A stretch of DNA of 64,000 nucleotides from Solirubrobacterales bacterium (GTDB taxonomy: Bacteria; Actinomycetota; Thermoleophilia; Solirubrobacterales; 70-9), in assembly GCA_036280745.1 (NCBI GenBank), contig DASUQC010000026.1:209-64208 (forward strand). Reading direction: 5' to 3'. The notes under the pieces were generated by a model, which worked only from the letters and a program-made list of their open reading frames with translations, was not told where the DNA came from and made no database searches. Made by a program: the position numbers and the translations under genes. Every line of letters starts with the position of its first letter. The stretch's first letter is position 1. Shown piece by piece: positions 16,100-27,594 of this stretch.

Positions 16100-17379
16100 C
16101 AGCTCTTGCTCCCGGATCGGCGTTTTTTCCGGGGCTTGCCGCCGCGCGCCGGTTTCGCGTCCGGGACCCGCCGTTTCGGCGCCTTCGGCCGGCCGGTCGT
16201 CTGCAGCCACTTCAGCGCCTGCACGTAGAAGAGGTTCTTGTGCTTGCGGGTGATGTCGGCGTCGCGCATCGCCTCGAGGAACTCCGCCGGCCCCTCGAAG
16301 TCGTGGATCCGGGTCCGCACGCTGCCGAGGCCCTGGGCGACGTGGCTGTCGGAGCCGGCCCCGGCGACGATCCGGTACTTGCGGGCGAACCGCTCCGCCT
16401 CTTCGTTGAACGCGGTCACCGCCACCCGCGGGTTGAAGACCTCGAGGATGTCGATCTCCTCGACGATGTCGAGCAGGTGCTCGTAATCGGGGACCGAGTG
16501 GAAGCGGTCGAACGGGTGCGGGACGTAGACCAGCCCGCCCTGGTCGCGGATCGCGGCGATCGTCTCCGCCATCGTCAGCCCCTTGGGGATCTTCTCCTCG
16601 ATGAAGAGGCCGATCACCTCGCCCTGCTCGGCGGTCTTCACCTCCTCGGCGACGATCACCTTGATGTCGTCCATCCCGGCGGCGATCTCACGCGCCTCCA
16701 GCGCCCCGGAGACCTCGTTGTGGTCGGTGATCGCGATCGCCCCGAGGCCGCGGTCGCGCGCCGTCTGCAGCAGCACGTCGACCGGGGTGTTGCAGTCGCC
16801 GGAGTGGTCGGTGTGCATGTGCAGGTCGACCTCGATCAGCGGCCGCTCGGCGATCCGGTCCCGCAGCTCCGGGTCGCCCCCCTCCGGGTGGCGGCGGGCC
16901 AGCAGGCGGCGGTAGATCGCTTCGAGCTCGTCGGCGGCGACGGACCAGTCGCGCCCCTCCCCGCCCGGCTCGACCAGCTCGTAGGAGGCCGGGAAGTAGC
17001 CGTCGAGCAGCTGCGCGGTCGCCTCGCTGGTCACGGTGCGGGCGTCGATGCGGCCGAAGAAGATCTCGACCAGCGGCCGCGCGACCTGGGTCGAGAGCAC
17101 CCGCTCCTGCGGCGCGTGGAAGGTGGCGACGTTGAGCGAGAAGGAGTGGCGCAGCGCCGCCGAGGCGACGCTGGGCGCGAACGGCTCGTGGACGTGGACG
17201 ATGTCCGGGTGCGCCCCCCCGAGCAGCCTCTTGACCGGCTCCCCGGTCCCGATCCGCAGCACCTCGTGGCCGCGCCGCTCCAGCTCGGAGCTGACGCGGT
17301 CGACGAACTCGGTGACCGGGTTCTCCACGCCGCGCCGGAAGGGCGCGACGTGGGCGATCGAGAGGCGGTCGGCCGGCAC
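16099..17379 (-). CDS. Fusion protein: GT4/PimA-like N-terminal Rossmann domain joined to a PHP-family metal-dependent phosphoesterase domain
   Basis: The N-terminal ~150 aa read like the acceptor-binding half of a GT-B mannosyltransferase (DIVHVHEPFAPSVASAAL...VATFHAP...GRIDARTVTSEA). From about aa 185 there are PHP motifs (VDLHMHTDHSGD, AITDHNEVSG, YVPHPFD, GSDSH). No GT-B C-terminal domain is present. The C-terminal tail is Lys/Arg-rich. Confidence 0.72.
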   Translation of the reverse strand: MPADRLSIAHVAPFRRGVENPVTEFVDRVSSELERRGHEVLRIGTGEPVKRLLGGAHPDIVHVHEPFAPSVASAALRHSFSLNVATFHAPQERVLSTQVARPLVEIFFGRIDARTVTSEATAQLLDGYFPASYELVEPGGEGRDWSVAADELEAIYRRLLARRHPEGGDPELRDRIAERPLIEVDLHMHTDHSGDCNTPVDVLLQTARDRGLGAIAITDHNEVSGALEAREIAAGMDDIKVIVAEEVKTAEQGEVIGLFIEEKIPKGLTMAETIAAIRDQGGLVYVPHPFDRFHSVPDYEHLLDIVEEIDILEVFNPRVAVTAFNEEAERFARKYRIVAGAGSDSHVAQGLGSVRTRIHDFEGPAEFLEAMRDADITRKHKNLFYVQALKWLQTTGRPKAPKRRVPDAKPARGGKPRKKRRSGSKS

Positions 17380-17391
17380 CGTGCCGGCCGG

Positions 17392-18558
17392 TTAGGCGGA
17401 GACCTTCGCCTCGCCGGGGGCTGGAGACTTGCCGCGCTCGTTGGCGGCGATGAACTCCTCGGTCTGCTCCCGCGCCTCGTCGTCGGGCCGCTGCGTGTGC
17501 GGCGACTTCATCAGGTAGCTGGAGGGACCGTCGAGCTGGCCGGCGATGCCGTTGTTCAGCGCCAGCTTGATCAGCCTCACCGCGTCGATCACGACGCCGG
17601 CCGAGTTCGGTGAGTCCCAGACCTCGAGCTTCAGCTCGGCGGTCAGCGGCACGTCGCCGAAGGCTTTGCCCTCGAGGCGGATGTGCGCCCACTTGCGGTC
17701 GGTCAGCCAGGGCACGTAATCGGAGGGGCCGACGTGGACGCTGTCCTCGGGCAGGTCGTGGCCCATGATCGAGGTGACGGCGTTGGTCTTGGAGATCTTC
17801 TTCGAGTCGAGCCGCTCGCGCTCGAGCATGTTGTAGAAGTCCATGTTGCCGCCGACGTTGAGCTGGCTGGTCCGCTCCAGGCGCACGCCGCGGTCATGGA
17901 AGAGGCGGGCGAGCTGGCGGTGGACGATCGTCGCCCCGACCTGGGACTTGATGTCGTCGCCGATGATCGGCAGCCCGGCCTCCTGGAAGCGCTTGTCCCA
18001 GTAGTCCTCGCGGGCGATGAAGACGGGGAGGCAGTTGACGAAGCCGACCCCGGCCGCGAGCGCCTGCTCGACGTACCACTTGGTCGCGTCCTCGGAGCCG
18101 ACCGGCAGGTAGCAGACCAGCACGTCCGCCTTCCTCTCTTTGAGGATGCCGACGATGTCGGCGGTCTCGCCGGGAGCTTTGGTGATCTTCTCTTTCAGGT
18201 ACTTGCCGAGCCCGTCGGGGGTCATCCCCCGCTCGACCTTGACGCCGAGGTTGGGGACGTCGGCGAACTTGATCGTGTCGTTCTGGCCCGACCAGATCGC
18301 CTCGGAGAGGTCCTTGCCGACCTTCTCGGAGTCGATGTCGAAGGCGGCGACGAACTCGACGTCGCGGACGTGGTAGCCGCCGAGGTCGACGTGCATCAGG
18401 CCCGGGACTTCGTCGCTCGGGTCGGCGTCCTTGTAGTACTGGACGCCCTGGATGAAGGAGTTGGCGCAGTTGCCGACGCCGACGATCGCGACGCGGACCT
18501 TCTCGTCCGTGCGGGCGACGCCGTTCGTGCTGCCGTTTGCTCCGTTGGTCTCACTCAT
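17392..18558 (-). CDS. ino1: myo-Inositol-1-phosphate synthase
   Basis: MIPS text ([22 protein letters not shown]..., [19 protein letters not shown]). The start is at the ATG at 18556-18558 (MSETNGANG), preceded by AGGAGG. Confidence 0.92.
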   Translation of the reverse strand: MSETNGANGSTNGVARTDEKVRVAIVGVGNCANSFIQGVQYYKDADPSDEVPGLMHVDLGGYHVRDVEFVAAFDIDSEKVGKDLSEAIWSGQNDTIKFADVPNLGVKVERGMTPDGLGKYLKEKITKAPGETADIVGILKERKADVLVCYLPVGSEDATKWYVEQALAAGVGFVNCLPVFIAREDYWDKRFQEAGLPIIGDDIKSQVGATIVHRQLARLFHDRGVRLERTSQLNVGGNMDFYNMLERERLDSKKISKTNAVTSIMGHDLPEDSVHVGPSDYVPWLTDRKWAHIRLEGKAFGDVPLTAELKLEVWDSPNSAGVVIDAVRLIKLALNNGIAGQLDGPSSYLMKSPHTQRPDDEAREQTEEFIAANERGKSPAPGEAKVSA

Positions 18559-18618
18559 GAAATCGGGATTCCTCCTGGATCGCGCTGAGTGGCAGAACAC
18601 ACCCGGCGGCTTCTCTGG

Positions 18619-19308
18619 TTACAGCTCGTCGGACTCTCCGGGGCCGCTGCGGGCGCCCGCTGAATCGCTGGAAAGCTCGTTTCGCACATGCCAAACACGC
18701 TGGATCGTCGTGATGATGGTCAACGCCGCGATCAGGTAGACCGCCGGCGCCAGCAGCTCGAAATCGCCGATCCCGGCGCCCTTGGCGAAGATCAATCCGA
18801 TCGAGAGTATGACTACCCGCACGGGACGCGTCGCCAACCCGACCTTGCACTCGACCCCGAGCGCCTCCGCGCGCGCCCGCGTGTAGGAGACCATCAGCGA
18901 GCCGAGCACCGCGACCACGCACATCGCCGCCGCGAAGTCGTCGCCCTGGGCGGCGAAGTAGCCGGCGACCGCGGCCAGCACGATCCCCTCCTCGATCCGG
19001 TCCAGGGTCGAGTCGAGGAAGGCGCCGAACAGGGTGCCCTTGCCCGACATCCGCGAGTAGCGCCCGTCGAGCGTGTCCATCACCGAGCCGAGCACGAAGG
19101 CGACCCCGGCGAGGAAGAAGAGCCGCTGGGTGACCAGCACCGCGGCGATCACGTTGCCGAGCAGGCCGACCATCGAGATCGCGTTCGGGGTCAGCCGTGA
19201 CTCGATCAGGCGCTCGCGGGCGTAGGTGCGGAGCTCCTGCCCGTTGCGGGCGGCCGCGCGGCCGTCGCGGCGACCGCGGGGGACCCTGGGGGGCGCGGAA
19301 GGATCCAT
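18619..19308 (-). CDS. CDP-alcohol phosphatidyltransferase, probably phosphatidylinositol-phosphate synthase
   Basis: It has the CDP-OH_P_transf motif DTLDGRYSR...GAFLDSTLDRIEEG, is multi-TM, and sits directly upstream of ino1. Confidence 0.82.
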   Translation of the reverse strand: MDPSAPPRVPRGRRDGRAAARNGQELRTYARERLIESRLTPNAISMVGLLGNVIAAVLVTQRLFFLAGVAFVLGSVMDTLDGRYSRMSGKGTLFGAFLDSTLDRIEEGIVLAAVAGYFAAQGDDFAAAMCVVAVLGSLMVSYTRARAEALGVECKVGLATRPVRVVILSIGLIFAKGAGIGDFELLAPAVYLIAALTIITTIQRVWHVRNELSSDSAGARSGPGESDEL

Positions 19309-19348
19309 CGATGGCAGGCTAGACGATGCGCCCGAAGGCTAGGAGGGA

Positions 19349-20140
19349 TTAGGAGGTTTCGAGGGCTTCGCCCTCGCGCGCGGGCCGGACCCGGAAGGAC
19401 CAGGCCTCCGGGCGGGCGCGGGCGAGCAGCCGCTGCGCGATCAGCGCCGCGCTCAGCGCGACCAGCCAGCCCAGCGCGGCGTCGACCCAGTAGTGGTTGG
19501 CGGTGACGACCGTCACCCAGCTCACCAGCAGCGGCCAGAGCGCCCAGAGGACCTTCGAGACGAGCCGGCGGCAGACCATCACCCCGGTGCCGCCGATCAT
19601 CATCGCGAAGGCGCAGTGCATGCTCGGGACCGCCGCGTAGGGGTTGATGAAGATCTTCGCCAGCGAGGAGTCGTGGCCGACGTCGGAGTAGGCGTTGAGC
19701 GTGTCGACGAAGCCGTACTCGGGGAACATCCGCGGCGGCGCGGTCGGGTAGGTCGTGTAGCCGACGAGGGCGATCCCCATCGCGACCACGAACATGTTGC
19801 GCACGAAGTAATAGGACTCGTTGCGGAACAGGTAGAGCCAGAGCAGGAACCCGATCGCGATCGAGAACTGGGCGTTGAGGTAGACCTGGTTGGCGAAGTC
19901 GATCACCCACTGCGCCGGCAGGAAGAACGCTTGCAGGCTCGGCTCGAAGAAGGTCCCGGTCGCTTTCTCGAAGTCCATCACCTGCTGGCCGTGGGCGAAG
20001 GCCAGGGCCCGCTCGGAGTCGACGATCCCGCGCACGAAGGTGTAGGCGAGGTCGACGCCGACGAGGATCGCGATCTGGCGCCCGAAGTCGCCCCAGCCCT
20101 TGGGCAGCCTGCTTCCTATGTGCGAGACGGCGCGCGACAC
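19349..20140 (-). CDS. PAP2-superfamily membrane protein (Aur1/IPC-synthase-like PAP2_C type)
   Basis: 263 aa and polytopic, with PAP2 C2/C3-like motifs (AVPSMHCAF, TANHYWVDA). Confidence 0.7.
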   Translation of the reverse strand: MSRAVSHIGSRLPKGWGDFGRQIAILVGVDLAYTFVRGIVDSERALAFAHGQQVMDFEKATGTFFEPSLQAFFLPAQWVIDFANQVYLNAQFSIAIGFLLWLYLFRNESYYFVRNMFVVAMGIALVGYTTYPTAPPRMFPEYGFVDTLNAYSDVGHDSSLAKIFINPYAAVPSMHCAFAMMIGGTGVMVCRRLVSKVLWALWPLLVSWVTVVTANHYWVDAALGWLVALSAALIAQRLLARARPEAWSFRVRPAREGEALETS

Positions 20141-20178
20141 GGAACAGACGATTGTAATCCGCGCGTTAACGGCGGCGG

Positions 20179-21009
20179 TTAGGAGACGAAGCCGTGAATC
20201 CGCTCGATGCAGCGCGCGTCGTCGATCCAGGGCCAGTGGCCGGCGCCGGAGACGATCTCCAGCTCCGAGTCGGGCAGCGCGGCGGCGTAGCGCCCGGCGA
20301 AGCGGGTCGGGAGGTAGATGTCGCGATCACCCCAGAGGACCAGCGAGGGGCAGGCCAGCCGCCCGAGGTCCTTGCCGGCGAGGGCCAGCCGGTCCGGGTC
20401 GGCGTGACGGTAGAGGGCGAGCAGCGCCTGCTGGGTCCCGTGGTCCCAGTGCTTCCAGATCATCTCGGTGAACTCGCGCGGCATCGGCCGGCGATCGCCC
20501 TTGGCCTGGCGCATCAGCAGCTCGAAGCCCGACCTGGTCGTGGTCCGGTTGAGCAGCTCGCCGAGCGGGCGGCGGCGCCAGAGCTGGGCGATCCAGTGCC
20601 AGCGGTAGCCGGGCAGCAGCGGCACCGCGTCGATCACGACGAGGCGCTCGACCCGCTCCGGCCGCCGCTGGGCGTCGATCAGGGCCAGCGCGCCCCAGTC
20701 GTGGACGACCAGCTTGCGGCGCTCGACCCCGAGCTCGTCGAGGCAGCGCTCGAGGAAGGCCGAGAGCCCGTACATCGAGTAGTCGAAGCGGGCGGGGTCG
20801 GGACGGTCGGAGCGTCCCCAGCCGGGCATGTCGATCGCGATCGCCGCACCGCCGCGCCCCATGAACGGCACCCACTCCTCGCTGTGGCTCGGGTTGCCGT
20901 GGCAGTAGACGGTCGGCGTCCCCTCGCCGGCGACCCGCCGGTAGAAGACGCGGACCCCGTCGACCCGCAGCTCGCTCTCTTCGATCGGCGCGTTCACGGC
21001 CGGAACCAT
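20179..21009 (-). CDS. Alpha/beta hydrolase (haloalkane-dehalogenase / epoxide-hydrolase-like)
   Basis: The genuine part starts at the ATG at 21007-21009 (MVPAVNAP...). It has an HGNPS motif, the nucleophile elbow VVHDWGA, and a C-terminal GAGHWPW. Confidence 0.82.
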   Translation of the reverse strand: MVPAVNAPIEESELRVDGVRVFYRRVAGEGTPTVYCHGNPSHSEEWVPFMGRGGAAIAIDMPGWGRSDRPDPARFDYSMYGLSAFLERCLDELGVERRKLVVHDWGALALIDAQRRPERVERLVVIDAVPLLPGYRWHWIAQLWRRRPLGELLNRTTTRSGFELLMRQAKGDRRPMPREFTEMIWKHWDHGTQQALLALYRHADPDRLALAGKDLGRLACPSLVLWGDRDIYLPTRFAGRYAAALPDSELEIVSGAGHWPWIDDARCIERIHGFVS

Positions 21010-21034
21010 ACGCCGCTGTGAATAGGGTCCGCGC

Positions 21035-21736
21035 GTGGCCTGGAAACGACCGGACAAGCGACGGGTGCGGGCGGTCCGCGACCGCCTGCGGGAGATGCAC
21101 GGGCGCCCGGTCAACGAGCCGCACCGGCAGCCGATCGCCGAGCTGATCAAGACGGTGCTCTCCCAGCACACCAACGACCGCAACCGCGACCGCGCCTTCG
21201 CCGCCCTGCGCGAGCGCTTCCCCGCCTGGGAGGAAGTGCGCGACGCTCCGGTGGCCGAGATCGAGGACGCGATCCGCCCCGGGGGCCTCGCGAAACAGAA
21301 GGCGCCCCGGATCCAGGCGATCCTGGAAGTCCTCGGCGACCCGCCCGACCTCGACTGGACCGAGACGGCCTCGCGTGAGGAGTCGCTCGAGTTCCTGCTG
21401 GCGCTGCCGGGGGTCGGCCGCAAAACCGCCGCCTGCGTCCTCATCTTCACCTGGGACATCCCGGAGATCCCGGTCGACGTCCACGTGCACCGGGTCGGCG
21501 GCCGGCTCGGCCTCTTCCCGCCCAGGGCCGCCTTCGAGAAGGCCCACGACGAGATGCTGGCGATAGTCGACCCCGCCGACGCCTACGAGCTGCACATGAA
21601 CCTGATCCGGCACGGGCGCGAGCTCTGCCGCCCGCAGCCGCGCTGCGGCGAGTGCGCGCTGCGGCGGATGTGTCCCTGGTACCGCGAGCAGATACGCGAC
21701 GGGAAGGCCGCCAGTAGTATGCGCGCCGCCAAATGA
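21035..21736 (+). CDS. Endonuclease III-like HhH-GPD DNA glycosylase
   Basis: It has a helix-hairpin-helix (LLALPGVGRKTAACV) and a C-terminal four-Cys cluster (CRPQPRCGECALRRMC). Confidence 0.82.
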   Translation: MAWKRPDKRRVRAVRDRLREMHGRPVNEPHRQPIAELIKTVLSQHTNDRNRDRAFAALRERFPAWEEVRDAPVAEIEDAIRPGGLAKQKAPRIQAILEVLGDPPDLDWTETASREESLEFLLALPGVGRKTAACVLIFTWDIPEIPVDVHVHRVGGRLGLFPPRAAFEKAHDEMLAIVDPADAYELHMNLIRHGRELCRPQPRCGECALRRMCPWYREQIRDGKAASSMRAAK

Positions 21737-22149
21737 GCAAGCGAACCTTCATCGCCTTCGGCATCCTGATCCTGGTCCTCGCCGTCGCCATCCCCTGGCT
21801 GGCCTTCCGCTCCAAGGGCGACGCCGAGAACACCGAGCAGGTCGCGGCCAACCTCCAGAACGGCCAGCAGCTGTTCGAGATCAACTGCGGCGCCTGCCAC
21901 GCGCTCTACTCGGCCGGCACCGACGGCAACTACGGCCCCGACCTCGACGAACTGCTCGCCCCCAACGGCCCGCCGGAAGGCGAGACCGCCAAGGGCACGA
22001 TCGAAGGGCTCGAAGGCCGCGTCCTCAACGCGGTCGAAAACGGCGTCGACGGCTCGGCCGAGCCGGGGCGGATGCCGGGCGGCATCCTCAACGAGGAAGA
22101 CTCGAAGGAAGTCGCCGCCTTCGTCGCCGCGACCGCCGGCGAAGGGTAG
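21733..22149 (+). CDS. Membrane-anchored c-type cytochrome
   Basis: It has an N-terminal TM segment, a haem-binding CGACH, and a distal Met region (GRMPGG). Confidence 0.8.
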   Translation: MSKRTFIAFGILILVLAVAIPWLAFRSKGDAENTEQVAANLQNGQQLFEINCGACHALYSAGTDGNYGPDLDELLAPNGPPEGETAKGTIEGLEGRVLNAVENGVDGSAEPGRMPGGILNEEDSKEVAAFVAATAGEG

Positions 22150-22150
22150 G

Positions 22151-22227
22151 GCCCGTCCCGGTAGGGGTTCCGCTTAACTTTTCGCTGCGCGAAAAGTACA
22201 AGACGCTCCACCCCTACCGGGACGGGC
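22151..22227. terminator. Nested hairpin between convergent genes; a probable bidirectional terminator
   Basis: An 18-bp outer stem pairs GCCCGTCCCGGTAGGGGT (22151-22168) with ACCCCTACCGGGACGGGC (22210-22227). An inner hairpin CTTTTCGC-TGC-GCGAAAAG lies at 22178-22196. Confidence 0.6.
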
Positions 22228-22238
22228 TTATTTAGCTG

Positions 22239-23420
22239 TTAGGGACTGAACCGCAGGGTGCTGAAGACTCCGGCGTGGTCGGAGTTCCAGAACCCGTTGA
22301 CCGGCTGGATCCCGCTGACCGCTGAGCTCTGCAGGGTCACGTCTTCGGGATCGCGGGTGAGGATGTGGTCGACCTGGTGGTCGAAGTCCGCTTCGCTCCC
22401 GCCTTTGCCGACTTCCAGCAGGCTGGACTTGAGGCAGCAGCTGAGCGGGTCGTCGGTGCTGCGGTTGACCATCCCGGCCGCCAGCAGCGTTTCGTAGGCG
22501 AGCCGGTCCGCCCCTTCGACGGTGTCGTCGTCGGAGTTGAGGTCGCCGACCAGGACCACCGGCAGTTCGCTCGTCGCCGGCCCGGTCGGGGCCACCAGCT
22601 CCGCCGCCTGCGCCTGGCGGATCAGCGGGTGGAAGGCCTCCAGGTGGGTGTTGACGAAGCGGAACCAGCCGCTGCCGCGGACCCTGGCGTCGGTCGCGGT
22701 CCAGCCGCGTTTGACCGTCACCGGGACGCCCGCCACCGGGACCACGAGGTTGGTGACGAAGTTGGCCCCCTGGGCGTTTTTGGTCTGCACGCCGGCGCCG
22801 CGCCGGGCGAGGATCACGTCGCGCATGGTCAGGCGGCCGTTGATGTCCGCCCCGAACGGCCCGGTTTCCGGGTTGCCGTCCTCGTCGCCGGGCGCCTCGA
22901 GGTCGAACTCGTTCTGGACGACGACGACTTCGTAGCGATCGGGGCCTTTGCCCTGGTTGAGCTCGGCCAGCAGTTCCGCCAGGTAGTCGTAGCGAACGGT
23001 GGTCGCGCTCGGCCCGGTGGTCAGGACTTCGAAGTTGACCGGGGCGGTGCGCCAGAGCGCCACCTCCTGCAGCCCGACCAGGTCGGGCTTCGCCTCGAGG
23101 ATCTCATCGGCGAGTCCCTCGGCCCGGACCGGGAAGTCGTTGGCGGTCACTTCCCGCAGGATCTGGCCGTTGGCGGCGACGAAGGCCGGCAGGCTCGGCG
23201 CCAGGATGGCCGGGGTGAGGTCGGCGCCGAGGTAGAGGTTGCGGGTCATCGTCCCCACGACCTGGCCTTTGTGGTTGCCGTGATGGCCCCCGTGGTGGTG
23301 GCCGTGATGGCCGTGGCCTTTGCCGCCCGCTGCTGCGAAGGCGGGTAAGAGGGCGAGAACGAAAGCGGCGGCGATCAGCGCCGAGACGCAGAGGCGAGTC
23401 GCACGGTGGGCGTAGCTCAA
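22239..23420 (-). CDS. Secreted endonuclease/exonuclease/phosphatase family protein with a His-rich N-terminal stretch
   Basis: It has a signal peptide (LCVSALIAAAFVLALLPAFAAAG), then GKGHGHHGHHHGGHHGNHKG, then an EEP fold (GLQEV, VGDLNSD, NSDHAGV). Confidence 0.8.
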   Translation of the reverse strand: MSYAHRATRLCVSALIAAAFVLALLPAFAAAGGKGHGHHGHHHGGHHGNHKGQVVGTMTRNLYLGADLTPAILAPSLPAFVAANGQILREVTANDFPVRAEGLADEILEAKPDLVGLQEVALWRTAPVNFEVLTTGPSATTVRYDYLAELLAELNQGKGPDRYEVVVVQNEFDLEAPGDEDGNPETGPFGADINGRLTMRDVILARRGAGVQTKNAQGANFVTNLVVPVAGVPVTVKRGWTATDARVRGSGWFRFVNTHLEAFHPLIRQAQAAELVAPTGPATSELPVVLVGDLNSDDDTVEGADRLAYETLLAAGMVNRSTDDPLSCCLKSSLLEVGKGGSEADFDHQVDHILTRDPEDVTLQSSAVSGIQPVNGFWNSDHAGVFSTLRFSP

Positions 23421-23522
23421 GGCTTCCTCCTAATCAGTTGATTAATCGAGGCGCCTCACGTTATCCCCCCTGCACTGCCCGCGAAACAAATATACGGCTC
23501 ATGTTCGAAAACCCGCGTGGGT

Positions 23523-23550
23523 TTGACTCTATTTTCGAATCTGCCATAAT
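23523..23550 (+). promoter_or_regulatory. Sigma-70-like promoter candidate for the dnaK operon
   Basis: TTGACT (23523-23528), then 16 nt, then CATAAT (23545-23550), in an AT-rich leader about 55 nt upstream of the dnaK GTG. Confidence 0.4.
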
Positions 23551-23604
23551 CCCACTTAGATTTCTTAGGCTTAGTTAACGAAACCCCTGGAGGTACGCGA
23601 AAAA

Positions 23605-25502
<1,898 letters not shown>

Positions 25503-25506
<4 letters not shown>

Positions 25507-26054
25507 CGCCCGAGGAGCACCGGCCCGCGGGCCCTGTCGCCGAGGGTGACTCTCCGGCTCAGCCGCCGGAGAGCCCACCCGCGGGAGAGGCCCTTTCGGG
25601 GGACATCGATGCCCTGCTCTCGGCCGCGGAACAGCAGCGGGACGAGTACCTGGACCTGGCGAAGCGGACCAAGGCTGATTTCGAGAACTTTCGGAAGCGG
25701 GTGGCCGGCGATGTGCAGGCCGCGCAGGTCCGGGGGAAGGTCGAAGTGGCTCGGGAAGTGATCGAGGCTGTGGACAATCTGGAGCGGGCGCTCGAGGCTG
25801 CCGGTGATGGGGGTGGCGAGGGGCTTGCTGCCGGCGTGGAGATGGTGCTCTCGGGGCTGCGCGAGACGCTGGCCCGAAACGGGGTCGAGGCTCTCGACCC
25901 CACCGGGGAGAAGTTCGATCCGCAGTGGCACGAGGCGCTCTCGACGGCCCCCTCCGACGGCGTCGAGTCCGGCCACGTGGTCGAGGTGATGCAGAAGGGC
26001 TACCGCCTGGACGAGCAGCTGATCCGCCCCGCCCGCGTGGTGGTGAGCGAGTAG
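25503..26054 (+). CDS. grpE: Nucleotide exchange factor GrpE
   Basis: 183 aa with GrpE text ([28 protein letters not shown]). Its start overlaps the dnaK stop. Confidence 0.9.
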
Positions 26055-26061
26055 GAGCGGC

Positions 26062-27183
26062 GTGGCTGACGAGCTCTACAAAGTGCTGGGCGTCTCCAAA
26101 AAGGCGACCGACGAGGAGATCAAGAAGGCGTACCGCAAGCTGGCGCGCAAGTACCACCCTGACCGCAACCCCGACGACAAGGAGGCGGAGGAGAAGTTCA
26201 AGGAAGTCTCGGCCGCACATGACGTGCTCGGCGACCCTGAGAAGCGCAAGGAGTACGACGCCGGGGGAATGTTCGGCGGTGCCGGCGGGTTCGGCGGTGC
26301 CGGGCCGTTCGGGGCCGGCGGCGCCCAGCAGGGCGGCAACTTCGGGGGCTTCGACCTCGGCGGGTTCGACCTCGGCTCGATCTTCGGTCGCGGCGGCGGG
26401 CGGCGGGCGCAGCCGCAGCAGGTGCGCGGTCGCGACCTCGAGACCGAAATCCAGCTCGGCTTCGACGAGGCGATCGAGGGCGCCCAGGTCAGCGTCACCG
26501 TCCCCAAGGCCGAGCGCTGCACCACCTGCCACGGCAGCGGCGCCAAACCGGGCACCAGCCCGATCACCTGCCCGCGCTGCGAAGGCCGCGGCATCGACGC
26601 CCAGAGCCAGGGCTTCTTCTCGATCAGCCAGCCCTGCCCCCAGTGCGGCGGCGCCGGGCAGATCATCGAGGACCCCTGCCCGACCTGCGGCGGCTCGGGA
26701 CTGACCCAGCAGACCAAGCGCTACAAAGTCAACATCCCGGCCGGGGTCAAGGACGGCGCCCGGATCCGGCTCGCCGGCAAGGGCGAGGCGGGGCCTCGCG
26801 GCGGCCCGCCCGGCGACCTCTACGTGACCGCAAGGGTCGCCTCCTCCCCGGTCTTCCGGCGGCTCGACGACGGCAACCTCGAGGTGACGGTGCCGATCAC
26901 GGTCCCGGAGGCGCTGAACGGCGGCACGATCGAGGTCCCGACCCTGAGCGGGACGAAAAGGATCAAGGTCGCGCCGGGGACGCGGCACGGCTCGGTGCAG
27001 CGGCTGCGCGGCGAGGGTCCGCCGAAACCGAAGGGCGGCGGCCGCGGCGACATCCGCTACCGGCTCGAGATCGACGTCCCGCAGGAGCTCAGCGAGGAGC
27101 AGGCGGAGGCGGCGGAGAAGCTGGCCGAGGCGCTGAACGGGTACGACCCGCGGGCCGAGCTGCTGCGGAAGGCGGGCTCGTGA
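26062..27183 (+). CDS. dnaJ: Co-chaperone DnaJ
   Basis: It has a J-domain (KYHPDRNPD), a G/F-rich region and four CxxCxGxG motifs ([32 protein letters not shown]). Confidence 0.95.
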   Translation: MADELYKVLGVSKKATDEEIKKAYRKLARKYHPDRNPDDKEAEEKFKEVSAAHDVLGDPEKRKEYDAGGMFGGAGGFGGAGPFGAGGAQQGGNFGGFDLGGFDLGSIFGRGGGRRAQPQQVRGRDLETEIQLGFDEAIEGAQVSVTVPKAERCTTCHGSGAKPGTSPITCPRCEGRGIDAQSQGFFSISQPCPQCGGAGQIIEDPCPTCGGSGLTQQTKRYKVNIPAGVKDGARIRLAGKGEAGPRGGPPGDLYVTARVASSPVFRRLDDGNLEVTVPITVPEALNGGTIEVPTLSGTKRIKVAPGTRHGSVQRLRGEGPPKPKGGGRGDIRYRLEIDVPQELSEEQAEAAEKLAEALNGYDPRAELLRKAGS

Positions 27184-27241
27184 ACGCAGCCGAGATTCAC
27201 CACACCCCAGGGGGGTCAAAGTCGGATACGAGGAGGCGGCG

Positions 27242-27594
27242 ATGAGCGCGGCGCGGCGGCAACGGGTCGAAATCTCGATCGACGACGAACGCGGCGTCTT
27301 CATGATCTCGGTCGCCGCCGAGCTCGCCCACATGCACCCGCAGACGCTGCGGATCTACGAGGCGCGCGGGCTGATCAGCCCGCAGCGCTCGCCGAAGAAC
27401 ACGCGGCTCTACTCGCAGCGCGACGTGCAGCGGCTGCAGCGGATCCAGCAGATGACCTCGGAAGGCCTGAACCTGGCCGGGGTGGAGACGGTGCTCGCGC
27501 TGGAGGAGCGGGTGGCGAAGCTGAGCAGGGAACTCGAACAAGCCCGCGGCCGGCTCCAGGAATTGGAAGCGGCGGGCAAGAAAAGGGGAAGCTG

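Noticed and set aside
23421-23604. A HAIR (HspR) or CIRCE (HrcA) operator upstream of dnaK
   Set aside because: I could not find CTTGAGT-N7-ACTCAAG or TTAGCACTC-N9-GAGTGCTAA-like inverted repeats by eye, so no operator feature is reported. This is noted as an open question in the findings.
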